DNA of 57,365 nucleotides from a bacterium (GTDB taxonomy: Bacteria; JADJOY01), in the NCBI GenBank assembly GCA_046331705.1, contig JAXLQJ010000047.1, positions 1 through 57,365 on the forward strand, given 5' to 3'. The notes below the pieces were generated by a model. The model was not told the origin of the DNA, did no database searches, and was given only the letters and a program-made list of their open reading frames with translations. The position numbers and the translations under genes are program-made. Each line of letters opens with the position of its first letter. Position 1 is the first letter of the stretch. Below are positions 48,497 to 57,365 of this stretch, piece after piece.

Positions 48497-49287
48497 CAGA
48501 TCTCCTCGGCGAATCCGTCGCGATAGCTACGGAAGATCGAGTGACTGACCACCAGGATCGCGAGGCTACCGAGGAAGACCAGCAAGAGGTTCCGCCAGTT
48601 CGGGAACTGTCCCCAGTAGAGAACGGACTGGTAGGAAGCGGCGAGCACTCCCATCGGATTGAGCTTGGTGATCAGCAACCGCAGCATCCAGTTGCGGTTG
48701 TTGAGGCTCTCCACCGAGAAGATCACCGGGGTCACGAAGAACCACAGCGACAGGATGTTTCCCAGGATGTGCTGCACGTCGCGGTAGTGGACGTTGAGCG
48801 CCGCCACGCCGAGCACGATCGCGAAGATGAGCGCGAACTGCACCGCCATGACCACGGGCAGCGCGAGCAAGGCCCAACCGAACGGCCGATCCGACGCGAT
48901 CAAGAACGGCAGCAGCATCGGCAGCGACAGCAGGAAGTTCACCGCGTGCGAGAGTGCGGTGACCGTCGGCAGGATCTGCGCCGGAAAGAGCGCCTTGGTG
49001 ATGAGCGTGCCGCCGCCGACGATCGAGTTCGCGCCCTCGAGAAGCGCCGACGAGAACCAGATCCAGGGCAACAGCCCGCAGAACACGAACGTGCCGTAGT
49101 GCTCGATCGACGGATCGCGCACGAACACCGAGAACACGAGCGTGTAGACGAGCATGATGCAAAGCGGATTCAGGAACGTCCACACGAAGCCGAGCACCGA
49201 GCCTCGGTAGCGCACCGCGAGCTGCCGCTGCACCAGGCTCCAGACCAGGGCGCGGTGACGGGTGATTTCCGCGATCGTTTCGAGCAT
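48496..49287 (-). CDS. wzm: Polysaccharide ABC exporter permease
   Basis: RYRGSVLGFVW..LNP, GLLPW, YRDVQH, WFFVTPV and NPM. Confidence 0.95.
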   Translation of the reverse strand: MLETIAEITRHRALVWSLVQRQLAVRYRGSVLGFVWTFLNPLCIMLVYTLVFSVFVRDPSIEHYGTFVFCGLLPWIWFSSALLEGANSIVGGGTLITKALFPAQILPTVTALSHAVNFLLSLPMLLPFLIASDRPFGWALLALPVVMAVQFALIFAIVLGVAALNVHYRDVQHILGNILSLWFFVTPVIFSVESLNNRNWMLRLLITKLNPMGVLAASYQSVLYWGQFPNWRNLLLVFLGSLAILVVSHSIFRSYRDGFAEEI

Positions 49288-49335
49288 GGGGTCCGGTGGC
49301 CGAGACGCGACGGCGAGGAAGGAGACGGAGGGCGC

Positions 49336-50316
49336 TCAGGCGCGCGCGCCGGGCTCGCCGGCCAGCGATTCCCGGCAATACGCGTAGAGCTCGCGCAAGG
49401 TCTGCTCGAAGGGGATCTCGGCCGTCCAGCCCGTGCACGCGCGGAAGCGCGCGGCGCAGGCGCGCACCTCCGTGGCCGGGCCGCGCGCCGATCCCGCGCG
49501 CGGCTGCGGCGTGACCTCGACGCCCGCGATGCGCGCCAGCTCGTCGAAGATCGATCGCACCGAGACCGTGCGCTCGCTCGCCAGGTTGTAGACCGCGCCT
49601 CGCTCGCCGCGCTCGAGGGCCAGCACGTAGCCGCGGGCGATGTCGCGCACGTCCGAGAAATCCTTGGCCGAGTCGAGATTACCGACCTCGAGCGTCCCGG
49701 TCCGAGCCCCCGCCACGGCGAGCGCCGCGATGCCGTACGCGAAGTCGGGGCAGACCAGGCCGCGCTGCTGGCCGGGGCCGGTGTGGTTGAACGGCCGCAC
49801 CCGCACGACGTCGAGTCGGTGCGGTTCGACGGCGTAGCCGGCGGCGAGCCAATCGGCGGCGGCCTTGGTCACCGCGTACGGGTTGCCGGGACGCAGCGGC
49901 GAGTCCTCGGTGAACGGCGCCTCGCCTGCCGGCTGGGCCCCGTACACGTCGCCGCTCCCCACGACCACGCAACGAGCCGAGGGCGCCACCTTCGCGATCG
50001 CGTCGAGCACGTGCAAGGTCCCGATCACGTTGATCTCGCTCGCGAGCACGGGTTGCGCCAGCGACTTCTGAGGCTCGGAGAACCCCGCGAGATGAACGAC
50101 CGCGTCGGGACGCGCCGCCGCGATGCACTCGGCGACCGCTCGTCCGTCGCGCACGTCGAGCTCGACGAGCGGATCGAGCGGCGGAAGCGGCACCGGATGG
50201 GCCGGAAAGCGTCCGTAGTGGGTGGCGGCGACGCGATAGCCGCGCTCGGCCAGTGCCTGCGCGAGGTACGGCCCCACGAAGCCGTTGACGCCGGTGATGA
50301 GCACGCGTTGAGCCAT
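49336..50316 (-). CDS. rmd: GDP-4-keto-6-deoxy-D-mannose reductase-like (Rmd / extended SDR)
   Basis: ITGVNGFVG, PYAVTK, RPFNHTGPGQ and GNLDSAKDFSDVRD. Confidence 0.75.
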   Translation of the reverse strand: MAQRVLITGVNGFVGPYLAQALAERGYRVAATHYGRFPAHPVPLPPLDPLVELDVRDGRAVAECIAAARPDAVVHLAGFSEPQKSLAQPVLASEINVIGTLHVLDAIAKVAPSARCVVVGSGDVYGAQPAGEAPFTEDSPLRPGNPYAVTKAAADWLAAGYAVEPHRLDVVRVRPFNHTGPGQQRGLVCPDFAYGIAALAVAGARTGTLEVGNLDSAKDFSDVRDIARGYVLALERGERGAVYNLASERTVSVRSIFDELARIAGVEVTPQPRAGSARGPATEVRACAARFRACTGWTAEIPFEQTLRELYAYCRESLAGEPGARA

Positions 50317-50353
50317 CGTTCGAACGAATGCCGCGCAACCCCTGGGCGGCGGG

Positions 50354-51457
50354 TCAGAGATAGTCGGTCAGCCCTTCTTCCTCGATGCGACGAACGACGT
50401 CCCGCAGCTCCTGATCGCGGGAGAGTGGGCACACCAGCACGGCGTCGTCCACCACCACCACCAAGGTGTCCTTGAGCCCGACGGTGGCGACCAGGCGATT
50501 GGGCGCGACCACGATGCAGTTCTCGGAATCGATCGAGAGGTGGCGAGCGGCACGCTGCACCCCGCCCTCGCTCGCCGGCAGCACCTCGCGCAGCGCGGAC
50601 CACGAGCCCACGTCGCTCCAGCCGAAATCGGACGGCACCACCCGGACCTCGAGCGCGTTCTCGAGCACGCCGACGTCCACGGAAACCGAGGGCAGCGCCG
50701 CCCAGACCTTCGCGATCTCCTCGCGCTCGCGCGCCGTGCCGAGGACCGCGTCGATGCGCTCGATGGCCCGCCCCAGCTCCGGCATCTGGCGCGCGACCTC
50801 GCTCAGGAACGAGTCCACGCGCCACGCGAAGATCCCGGCGTTCCAGAGATGATCGCCGCGCGCGACATAGCTCTCGGCGCGCGCGCGGTCGGGCTTCTCG
50901 ACGAATCGATCGACGCGATGGTAGGCGTTGCCCTCGCGCTCGCCGAGCTTTCCGCCGACGCGAATGTAGCCGAAGCCGGTGTCGGGACGCGTGGGCTTGA
51001 TGCCGAGGGTGACGAGGGCGCCCTCGCGCGCCACCGCCGTCGCCGTGCGCAGCGCGGCGCGGAACCCCTCGGGGTCGCCGACGTGATGGTCGGCCGGCAA
51101 CGCCAGCATCACCGCCGCGGGGTCCCGCCGTCGCAGGTGCAGCGCCGCGAGCGCCAAGCACGGCGCGGTGTTCCGTCCCACCGGCTCGACGAAGACGTTC
51201 GCGAGCGGCACCTCGCCGGCCACCTTGGCGCACGCCGCCACCAGATCCTCCGGCACGACCAGGCAACGCTGCTCGGCGGGGACCAATCCTTCGAGCCGGT
51301 CGAGGGTGTCGCGCAGCAGCGGCTCGCCGGAGAGGAACGCGAGCAATTGCTTGGGCCGGTCGCGGCGGCTCAGCGGCCAGAAACGCGTGCCTCGACCACC
51401 CGCGAGCACCACCGCGTACGGCGCGCGCGCGGACGCGGTTGCTTTCGATTCGCTCAT
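50354..51457 (-). CDS. manC: Mannose-1-phosphate guanylyltransferase
   Basis: LAGGRGTRFWPLSR..RPKQ, EPVGRNTAP, PADH, FVEKP, WNAGIF and WSDVGSW. Confidence 0.95.
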   Translation of the reverse strand: MSESKATASARAPYAVVLAGGRGTRFWPLSRRDRPKQLLAFLSGEPLLRDTLDRLEGLVPAEQRCLVVPEDLVAACAKVAGEVPLANVFVEPVGRNTAPCLALAALHLRRRDPAAVMLALPADHHVGDPEGFRAALRTATAVAREGALVTLGIKPTRPDTGFGYIRVGGKLGEREGNAYHRVDRFVEKPDRARAESYVARGDHLWNAGIFAWRVDSFLSEVARQMPELGRAIERIDAVLGTAREREEIAKVWAALPSVSVDVGVLENALEVRVVPSDFGWSDVGSWSALREVLPASEGGVQRAARHLSIDSENCIVVAPNRLVATVGLKDTLVVVVDDAVLVCPLSRDQELRDVVRRIEEEGLTDYL

Positions 51458-52305
51458 GAACGCTCCCGAAGGTACCCGGCCAGCGCATCGCGCCAATCCG
51501 GCAACGAACGACCCGTCACGCTCCGGAAGCGCGCGAGGTCGAGCACGCTGTAGGCGGGCCGCGGCGCGGGGCGCGCCGCCTGACTGGTGGAGATCGGCGC
51601 GACCTCGACGTCGGGCACCTGCGCGCGGCGCGCGATCTCCACGGCGAAATCGAACCACGTCGCCTCGCCTTCGTTGGCGACGTGGACGTAGCCGTGGCCG
51701 GCGTCGGTCTCGAGCAGCCAGCGGATCGCGCGAGAGAGATCGCGCGTCCAGGTCGGTCGCCCCCGCTGGTCGGCGACGACCCGCAAGCGCGCGCCCGGCT
51801 TCACCTGGCGCAGGATCGCCTCGACGAAGTTGGGGCCGTTGCGCCCGAACAGCCATTGCGTGCGAACCGTGGTCCACGCGCCAGCGGGCAGCTCGGCGGC
51901 CACCGCCGCCTCGCCCGCGTGCTTGCTGGCCGCGTAGACGCCGCGCGGCGCCGTCGCGTCGTCCTCGCGCCAGGGCCGATCTCCTTCGCCACCGAAGACG
52001 TAGTCGGTGCTCAGGTGCAACAGGCGCGCCCCGGCCTCACGACAGGCGCGGGCGAGATGGCCCGCGCCGTCCGCGTTGACCGCGAACGCGAGCTCGCGCT
52101 GGGTCTCGCAGTCGTCCACGCGGGTGAACGCCGCGCTGTTCACCACCGCGTCGGGACGACGGGCCGCGAGCACCGAGCGAATCGACTCGGGACGCGTCAG
52201 ATCGATCTCGGGCACGTCGACACCCGTGACCTCGTGTGCTGCGCCCAGCTCGCCCAGCAAATCGGTGCCGAGCATCCCCCGGCACCCGACCACCACGATC
52301 CGCAC
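51454..52305 (-). CDS. rfbD: dTDP-4-dehydrorhamnose reductase
   Basis: GCRGMLG, AAFTRVD, STDYVF, YAASK, DQRGRPT and RPAYS.L. Confidence 0.95.
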   Translation of the reverse strand: MRIVVVGCRGMLGTDLLGELGAAHEVTGVDVPEIDLTRPESIRSVLAARRPDAVVNSAAFTRVDDCETQRELAFAVNADGAGHLARACREAGARLLHLSTDYVFGGEGDRPWREDDATAPRGVYAASKHAGEAAVAAELPAGAWTTVRTQWLFGRNGPNFVEAILRQVKPGARLRVVADQRGRPTWTRDLSRAIRWLLETDAGHGYVHVANEGEATWFDFAVEIARRAQVPDVEVAPISTSQAARPAPRPAYSVLDLARFRSVTGRSLPDWRDALAGYLRERS

Positions 52306-52353
52306 GATTGCCCCCTGCCCGTCCCGCCGCCCGGCGCGACTCGACGCGACCGC

Positions 52354-53361
52354 TCAGCCCGCGGCCATCCGCTCGTTGCGTTCGCGGTACGAGCCGTCGA
52401 GGATCCGCCCCCACCAGCCCCGGTTCGACCGGTACCACTCGACGGTGGAGCGGAGCGCCTCCTCGAACGACCGCTTCGGGGCCCAGCCGAGCTCGGCGCG
52501 GATGCGCGAGATGTCCATCGCGTAGCGGCGGTCGTGGCCCAGGCGGTCCTTGACGAACGTGATCAGCGAGCGCGGCTTGCCGAGCGCGGCGAGGACCGTC
52601 TCGGCGATCTCGATGTTGGTCTTCTCGCACTCGCCGCCGATGTTGTAGACGCGGCCCACCTGACCGGATCGGCACACCGCCTCGATCGCGTCGCAATGGT
52701 CGTCCACGTGCAGCCAGTCCCGCACGTTGAGGCCGTCGCCGTAGATCGGCAGCGGCTGGTCCGCGAGCGCCCGCGTCACCAGCAGCGGAATGAGCTTCTC
52801 GGGAAACTGGTAGGGGCCGTAGTTGTTCGAGCAGCGCGTCACCAGCGCCGGGAAACCGTAGGTCTCGACGTACGAGCGAACGATGAGGTCGGCGCCCGCC
52901 TTGGACGCCGAGTACGGGCTGTTGGGCGCGAGCGGGGTGGTCTCGCTGAACGCACCGGTGGACCCGAGCGAGCCGTAGACCTCGTCCGTCGACACCTGCA
53001 CGAAGCGCGCAACGCCCGCCTCCCGGCACGCCTCGAGCAGCGTCTGGGTGCCGATCACGTTGGTGTGGAGGAAGATCCGCGGCGAGTCGATGGAGCGATC
53101 GACGTGGCTCTCCGCGGCGAAGTGCACCACCAGGTCGGGCACCGGATCCAGACAGCGCCGAACGTCGGCCGGCTCGGCGACGTCGCCCCGCACGAAGCGG
53201 AATCCCGGGTGCGCTCCGAGCCCGTCGAGATTCTCGACGTTGCCCGCGTACGTGAGCCGGTCCAGGACCACCAGCGCGTCGTCGGGATGGCGCTCGGCCC
53301 AGCGCCGCACGAAGTTCGAGCCGATGAACCCCGCCCCGCCCGTCACCAGGATGCGCATCAT
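52354..53361 (-). CDS. rfbB: dTDP-glucose 4,6-dehydratase
   Basis: VTGGAGFIGSN, AAESHVDRS, STDEVYG, YSASK, NNYGPYQFPEK and GHDRRY. Confidence 0.97.
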   Translation of the reverse strand: MMRILVTGGAGFIGSNFVRRWAERHPDDALVVLDRLTYAGNVENLDGLGAHPGFRFVRGDVAEPADVRRCLDPVPDLVVHFAAESHVDRSIDSPRIFLHTNVIGTQTLLEACREAGVARFVQVSTDEVYGSLGSTGAFSETTPLAPNSPYSASKAGADLIVRSYVETYGFPALVTRCSNNYGPYQFPEKLIPLLVTRALADQPLPIYGDGLNVRDWLHVDDHCDAIEAVCRSGQVGRVYNIGGECEKTNIEIAETVLAALGKPRSLITFVKDRLGHDRRYAMDISRIRAELGWAPKRSFEEALRSTVEWYRSNRGWWGRILDGSYRERNERMAAG

Positions 53362-54428
53362 CCGATGTCCACCTTGCTCGAGTCGCCGAGCATGAATCGA
53401 AAGGCGCGCGGCTTCACCGGCGACCGTCCCACCTCGACGTTCTTGCCGACCAGGCTGTCGACGATGCGTCCGTCGATGTCCGTGATCGCGCTGCCGGCGA
53501 GCACGATCGAGTGCTCGATCTCGACGTTGCGCAGCGTGCAGCCCTCGCTGATCGACGTGAACGGGCCAACGTAGGAGTCGACGATGCGCGTCCCGGCACC
53601 GATGATCGCGGGACCGCGAATCGTCGATCGCACGACCTCGGCGCCGCGCGCCACGCGCACCTTGAAGTGCACGCTCGACTCCGTGTCGACGTCGCCCTCG
53701 ATTGCCGGCGGGATCCCCTGCGCGTCGAGCAGCATGCGATTCGCCTCGAGCATGTCCTCGAGCTTGCCGGTGTCCTTCCACCAGCCGGTGACGACGTGGG
53801 GCTTGACCACGTAGCCGTGATCCACCAGCCACTGGATGGCATCGGTGATCTCGAGCTCGCCGCGCGCCGACGGCGCGATCGCGTCCACCGCGTCGAAGAC
53901 CGGCTGGTCGAAGAGATAGACCCCCACCAGCGCCAGATCGCTCTGAGGCTCGGGCGGCTTCTCGACGAGCCGGACCACGCGCCCGTCCGCCAGCTCGGCG
54001 ACGCCGAACTGCGACGGGTCGGGCACGCGCGCCAGCAAGATGTGGCTGGCGTGATTCACGGAGCGGAACTCGTCCACCATCGCGCGGATGCCGTCGAGGA
54101 TCAGGTTGTCGCCGAGATACATCACGAAGCGACGGCCCATGAGGTAGTCGCGGGCCACCTTGACCGCGTGCGCCAGCCCCAGCGGTGCCTGCTGCTCGAT
54201 GTAGGTGATCTCGACGCCGAAGCGGCTACCGTCGCCGCACGCGTCCATGATCTCTTGCTTGGTGTGCCCGACGATCACGCCGATCTCGCGGATGCCCGCG
54301 TCGCGAATCGCCTCGATCGCGTAGAAAAGAATCGGCTTGTTGGCCACCGGCACCAATTGCTTGGCGGAAGTGTGTGTGATCGGCCGGAGCCGGGTGCCCT
54401 TTCCTCCCGCGAGGATCAGTCCCTTCAT
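53358..54428 (-). CDS. rfbA: Glucose-1-phosphate thymidylyltransferase, long form
   Basis: LAGGKGTRLRPIT...AKQL, GLAHA, YLGDN, EKP, RGELEITD and WWKDTG, plus a left-handed beta-helix tail with GPFTS. Confidence 0.95.
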   Translation of the reverse strand: MKGLILAGGKGTRLRPITHTSAKQLVPVANKPILFYAIEAIRDAGIREIGVIVGHTKQEIMDACGDGSRFGVEITYIEQQAPLGLAHAVKVARDYLMGRRFVMYLGDNLILDGIRAMVDEFRSVNHASHILLARVPDPSQFGVAELADGRVVRLVEKPPEPQSDLALVGVYLFDQPVFDAVDAIAPSARGELEITDAIQWLVDHGYVVKPHVVTGWWKDTGKLEDMLEANRMLLDAQGIPPAIEGDVDTESSVHFKVRVARGAEVVRSTIRGPAIIGAGTRIVDSYVGPFTSISEGCTLRNVEIEHSIVLAGSAITDIDGRIVDSLVGKNVEVGRSPVKPRAFRFMLGDSSKVDIG

Positions 54429-54453
54429 CGACACTCCCGGCTCCGATGGGGTG

Positions 54454-54502
54454 AAAATCCGGGCAACACCCGGATGCGGCGTCGGCAGCCAGCCGCGCCG
54501 CA
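54454..54502 (-). terminator. Two tandem leader hairpins upstream of the rml/wzm-wzt operon, second with short U run
   Basis: On the minus strand: TGCGGCG-CGGC-loop-GCCG-A-CGCCGCA, then ATCCGGG-TGTTG-CCCGGAT-TTT. Confidence 0.4.
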
Positions 54503-54519
54503 ACTACCTGAATCGAAAA

Positions 54520-54572
54520 AGTATAGACCAGCGTCGCACCGGTTGAAATGCCGAAGACACCTGCCCTAGAAT
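54520..54572. promoter_or_regulatory. Overlapping divergent sigma70 promoters
   Basis: Plus: TTGAAA (54543-48), 18 nt, TAGAAT (54567-72). Minus: TTTCAA (54548-43), 17 nt, TATACT (54525-20). Confidence 0.55.
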
Positions 54573-54609
54573 GCCGCGCCCGGCTCACCCGCACCACCCG
54601 AGAGGTGCC

Positions 54610-55875
54610 ATGTCCGCGAAAACGCGCTGGTTTCTCGCCTGCTGCCTGATCGGGGCGACGGCCTGTGCCTCGAGCACCAGTCCCACGCCAGCATCCCCCG
54701 CCGCTACCACCAGCAACGACCCCGTCGCCTCGTTGGGAACGCTCATCCAAAGCCTGCGGGAACGTGGCGCCAGCGACAGCGACGTCCGGGCTCTCGATCA
54801 GCGACTGCGCCTGGCCCAGGCCAGCCAGCGCTCCGGTGACTCTGCTCGCGCCCTCGACCTGGCGGGCGAAGGGCTCGTCATGGGCGAGCAGGTCAACGCC
54901 ACCATCGACGCCAAGATCCGCGCCGCCGTCGAGCGCATGGACGTCGAGATCCAGCGCAGCATCCGCGACGTCGCCCAGGACTTGACCGACAAGTTGGACG
55001 ACCGAGCGATCGACCGGTACGAGGCGGTCAAGAAGAAGATCGTCGAGCGAAACGATCGGGCCCGCGCCACCAACGGCCGGATCGCGTTGGCCACGTATGC
55101 GACCGAGCTCGAGCCGATCGAGCAACGCGTCGCAGCCATCCGCGAGGCGACCGAGGCTCGCAACGTGAAGTGGAACGACGAGTACCGGCAGAAGTTCCGG
55201 GAATCGATGATGCGGGTGCGCGGCACCGAGCCGTTTGCGTTTCAGGAGGCCGTCCGGGCGCACCGAGAGAACGACGTCCGCACCGCGAAGCAGGGCTATC
55301 TGGCGGTTCTGGCCACCGACCCCAACAACTACAAGGCGCTCTTCAATCTCGGTCTGCTCGACCTCGAGATCGGCAACTTCCCCGAGGCCGCGCTCCGGCT
55401 GGAGCGCGCGTTCCAGCTCGGCCTGACCATGGACGACCTGGAGGGATGGAAGCAGGATTTCCTGCCGGATCCCGAACCGCTCATCGCCGCCTATCACGAG
55501 ACCAACCAGACGGCGCGAGTTCCCGAGGTCCGCGCCGCGTACGAACGCCGCAAGTCGCAGGTCGAGTCGCGGGTGAGCGCCCGCAAGAGCGAGGCGCAGG
55601 CGGCCGCGACCGCGGCGCAGACGCCAGCCCCCGCACCGCAGCCCGAAGCTCAGCCTGCCGCCGCGGACTCGTGCCAGTCGCGGCCGTACGCGGGCAAGGT
55701 TCAGTTCGTGAAGGTCGGCCTCGACGCCAAGGGTGTCGAGGAGATCATCTGCGCGCCGGACAACAAGCGCATGAAGGGTGATGCGGAGTACTGGTACTAC
55801 CCGTCGGGCACCGTGATCTTCATCAACGGCAAGGTCGATCGAACGAGCACCGAGCAGGTTCTGCCGGCCGGCTGA
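54610..55875 (+). CDS. TPR-containing lipoprotein
   Basis: GAGG RBS, lipobox ATAC, coiled coil, TPR (LATDPNNYKALFNLG..EAALRLERA) and C-terminal GLD..GVEEII..PD..YWYY (SmpA/BamE-like). Confidence 0.8.
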   Translation: MSAKTRWFLACCLIGATACASSTSPTPASPAATTSNDPVASLGTLIQSLRERGASDSDVRALDQRLRLAQASQRSGDSARALDLAGEGLVMGEQVNATIDAKIRAAVERMDVEIQRSIRDVAQDLTDKLDDRAIDRYEAVKKKIVERNDRARATNGRIALATYATELEPIEQRVAAIREATEARNVKWNDEYRQKFRESMMRVRGTEPFAFQEAVRAHRENDVRTAKQGYLAVLATDPNNYKALFNLGLLDLEIGNFPEAALRLERAFQLGLTMDDLEGWKQDFLPDPEPLIAAYHETNQTARVPEVRAAYERRKSQVESRVSARKSEAQAAATAAQTPAPAPQPEAQPAAADSCQSRPYAGKVQFVKVGLDAKGVEEIICAPDNKRMKGDAEYWYYPSGTVIFINGKVDRTSTEQVLPAG

Positions 55876-55968
55876 TCGGCCGGCGCCGCTGCCCCACTTT
55901 CGCTCACCCGACGCAGGTGCTGCGATTCGACGTGAACGCCACGAGCCGCAGGCGCCTTCGCCCGCGGC

Positions 55969-56358
55969 TCAGCGCATCGAGGCGGCGCCGTCGACTTGGG
56001 GGACGGGCTGCGGCGGATCCTGCGGACCTCGATAAACCCGCTCGGATTCCCGCACCCAGTGCAGCTTGGCGCGCGCCTGCCACTCGAGTGCTTCGGGCGC
56101 GCGTTCCAGCGCCCGGATTCGCGATCGCATCTCGGCGTTCTGTGCTCGCAACACTCGCTGCCGCTGCTCGAGGCGCTCGACGTCGTGCTTCAGGCGCTGG
56201 ATCGCCGGCAGCCCGCCGCGCGGCGAGACCACGCCCACCAGAATCGCTGCCGACCCGAACGCGACCAGCGCCCATGCGAGCGTGCGCGCCGGCGCGCGCT
56301 TCGCGCTCGGGCTCCCGCTCCCGGATGAGCCCTCTCGTCCCGTCGTCGATCGATCCAT
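55969..56358 (-). CDS. ftsB: Septum formation initiator FtsB/DivIC family
   Basis: Single TM segment, coiled coil (LRAQNAEMRSRIRAL) and ALEWQARAKLHWVRESERVY matching the E..AR..LG.V...E motif. Confidence 0.75.
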   Translation of the reverse strand: MDRSTTGREGSSGSGSPSAKRAPARTLAWALVAFGSAAILVGVVSPRGGLPAIQRLKHDVERLEQRQRVLRAQNAEMRSRIRALERAPEALEWQARAKLHWVRESERVYRGPQDPPQPVPQVDGAASMR

Positions 56359-56383
56359 GTCCAGTCCGTTGCTACCACGGCCG

Positions 56384-57365
56384 ATGAGCCGCGAGAAGAC
56401 CGCGCGCGCGGCGCGGCTGCGCGTGGCGGCCTTCGCCTGGGTGCTGCTCGCGGCGCCAGTGTTCGCCGACGCGCGGACGGGCGTCCTCGAGTTCGTGAAC
56501 TTCAACACCTGGAACGTCAACGAGCCGTACGGCTCGCGCATCGAGCACGCGATCGAGGGCCTGGCCGCCGAGGCGCCGGACGTGATCGCGCTCGAGGAGA
56601 TCTATCTCGACGGCGACGGCGTGCCGCCGCGCGCCGACGTCTCGATCGCCGACGCGCTGCGCATGGACCGCGTCTCCCACGCCGCGGCGACGGTGCCGTT
56701 CGGCACCGGCCAGGCCACCGAAGGGCTGGCGCTGCTCAGCCGTCACCCCATCGTGGCCTCGACGTACCTGCAGCTGCCTTCGCCGAACGGGGGCAGCGGT
56801 CGCATCGTGCTGGAAGCCACGATCTCCACCCCGTTCGGTCTGGTCGACTGCTACGCGACCCACCTCTCGACCAACGCCAACGAGCGTGACGTCCAGGCGC
56901 AAGCGCTGTTCGCGTTCATCGAGTCCGTGCCGCACCAGCAGCCGCCCGTCGTCCTGGGGGACCTCAACGCGGTGCCGACGTCGCTCGCACTGCTCTTCTT
57001 GACCGGCGCCATCTCCGCCGGCGGCACGCGGGGCAACCTGGTCGACGGTTGGTCGGTGCTCCATCCCGGCGATCCGGGGCCAACCTTCGCGACGGCGAAT
57101 GCTCCAGGTCAACGCCTCGACAGGCGTTTCGACTACGTCCTGCTCGGCCGTGGCACGGCCGCCGAGCCCGCCGCGGGTCGCTGGGTGGAGAGCCGGCGGA
57201 TCTTGGACCAACCGGACGAAGCGGGTATCTACCCATCGGACCACCTTGCCATCGCCACCTCAATCCGCTTCGAAGGCGAGCCGCCGGCGGTCGCGCACCG
57301 CGGCGGAGGCTGTGCCATCGCGGGCTCGGCGGCGACGGCGGTGCCGAGCGCGGCGGCGGCGCTGC
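56384..57365 (+). CDS. Secreted endonuclease/exonuclease/phosphatase family protein with MYXO-CTERM-like tail; partial
   Basis: Not in the ORF track. MSREKT..signal peptide, VNFNTWN, PDVIALEE, GLALLSRHP, THL, LGDLNA, RFDYV and PSDH, then GGGCAIA plus the start of a hydrophobic tail. Confidence 0.88.
   Translation, partial: MSREKTARAARLRVAAFAWVLLAAPVFADARTGVLEFVNFNTWNVNEPYGSRIEHAIEGLAAEAPDVIALEEIYLDGDGVPPRADVSIADALRMDRVSHAAATVPFGTGQATEGLALLSRHPIVASTYLQLPSPNGGSGRIVLEATISTPFGLVDCYATHLSTNANERDVQAQALFAFIESVPHQQPPVVLGDLNAVPTSLALLFLTGAISAGGTRGNLVDGWSVLHPGDPGPTFATANAPGQRLDRRFDYVLLGRGTAAEPAAGRWVESRRILDQPDEAGIYPSDHLAIATSIRFEGEPPAVAHRGGGCAIAGSAATAVPSAAAAL

Noticed and set aside
221-57263. Numerous long Arg/Ala/Pro-rich overlapping or antisense ORFs in the track (e.g. 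7835-10027+, 11524-13530+, 21455-23641+, 36376-38646-, 42895-45492-)
   Set aside because: These are shadow frames of real genes in high-GC DNA, with no recognisable motifs.
1-57365. CRISPR arrays, tRNA/rRNA, transposases, integrases, prophage or defence genes
   Set aside because: No regularly spaced repeats, cloverleaf signatures or mobile-element/defence motifs were seen by eye; tRNAscan and Infernal were not run.

Overview
High-GC (roughly 70%) bacterial chromosomal segment, probably from a Myxococcota/deltaproteobacteria-like organism (inferred from a MYXO-CTERM-like tail, tandem FadL paralogs and an FHA-GAF-cyclase). It is dominated by cell-envelope glycan genes. The left block (1-13.2 kb) has GT-C membrane glycosyltransferases, a UPF0104 flippase-like gene, GT4s, a nucleotide-sugar dehydrogenase, a TIGR04282-like GT, a TMTC-like protein and a decayed sulfatase-like gene. 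A plus-strand cluster (13.9-23.5 kb) has a B12 radical SAM enzyme, a MurJ-like flippase, GT4, a GT2-GT4 fusion and a two-domain B12-rSAM + twitch/SPASM-rSAM fusion. The right block (46-54.4 kb) is an rmlA-rmlB-rmlD-manC-rmd-wzm-wzt-methyltransferase ABC-type polysaccharide operon. Between these lie a tatT-dctQ-dctM TRAP unit with no P component, a hybrid kinase, infA, a Rieske ferredoxin, tandem FadL-like porins, a HEAT-repeat protein, mtnP, rlmN, a RibD-like reductase, pepA and a class III cyclase with a guanylate-cyclase-like Glu. Features not in the ORF track include a 32-aa Lys/Ala histone-H1-like microprotein with a sigma70 promoter and structured leader, two edge-truncated CDSs and a sigma54 promoter ahead of a small orphan ORF. 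No rRNA, tRNA, CRISPR or mobile element was recognised. All calls rest on motif recognition by eye; no searches were run.
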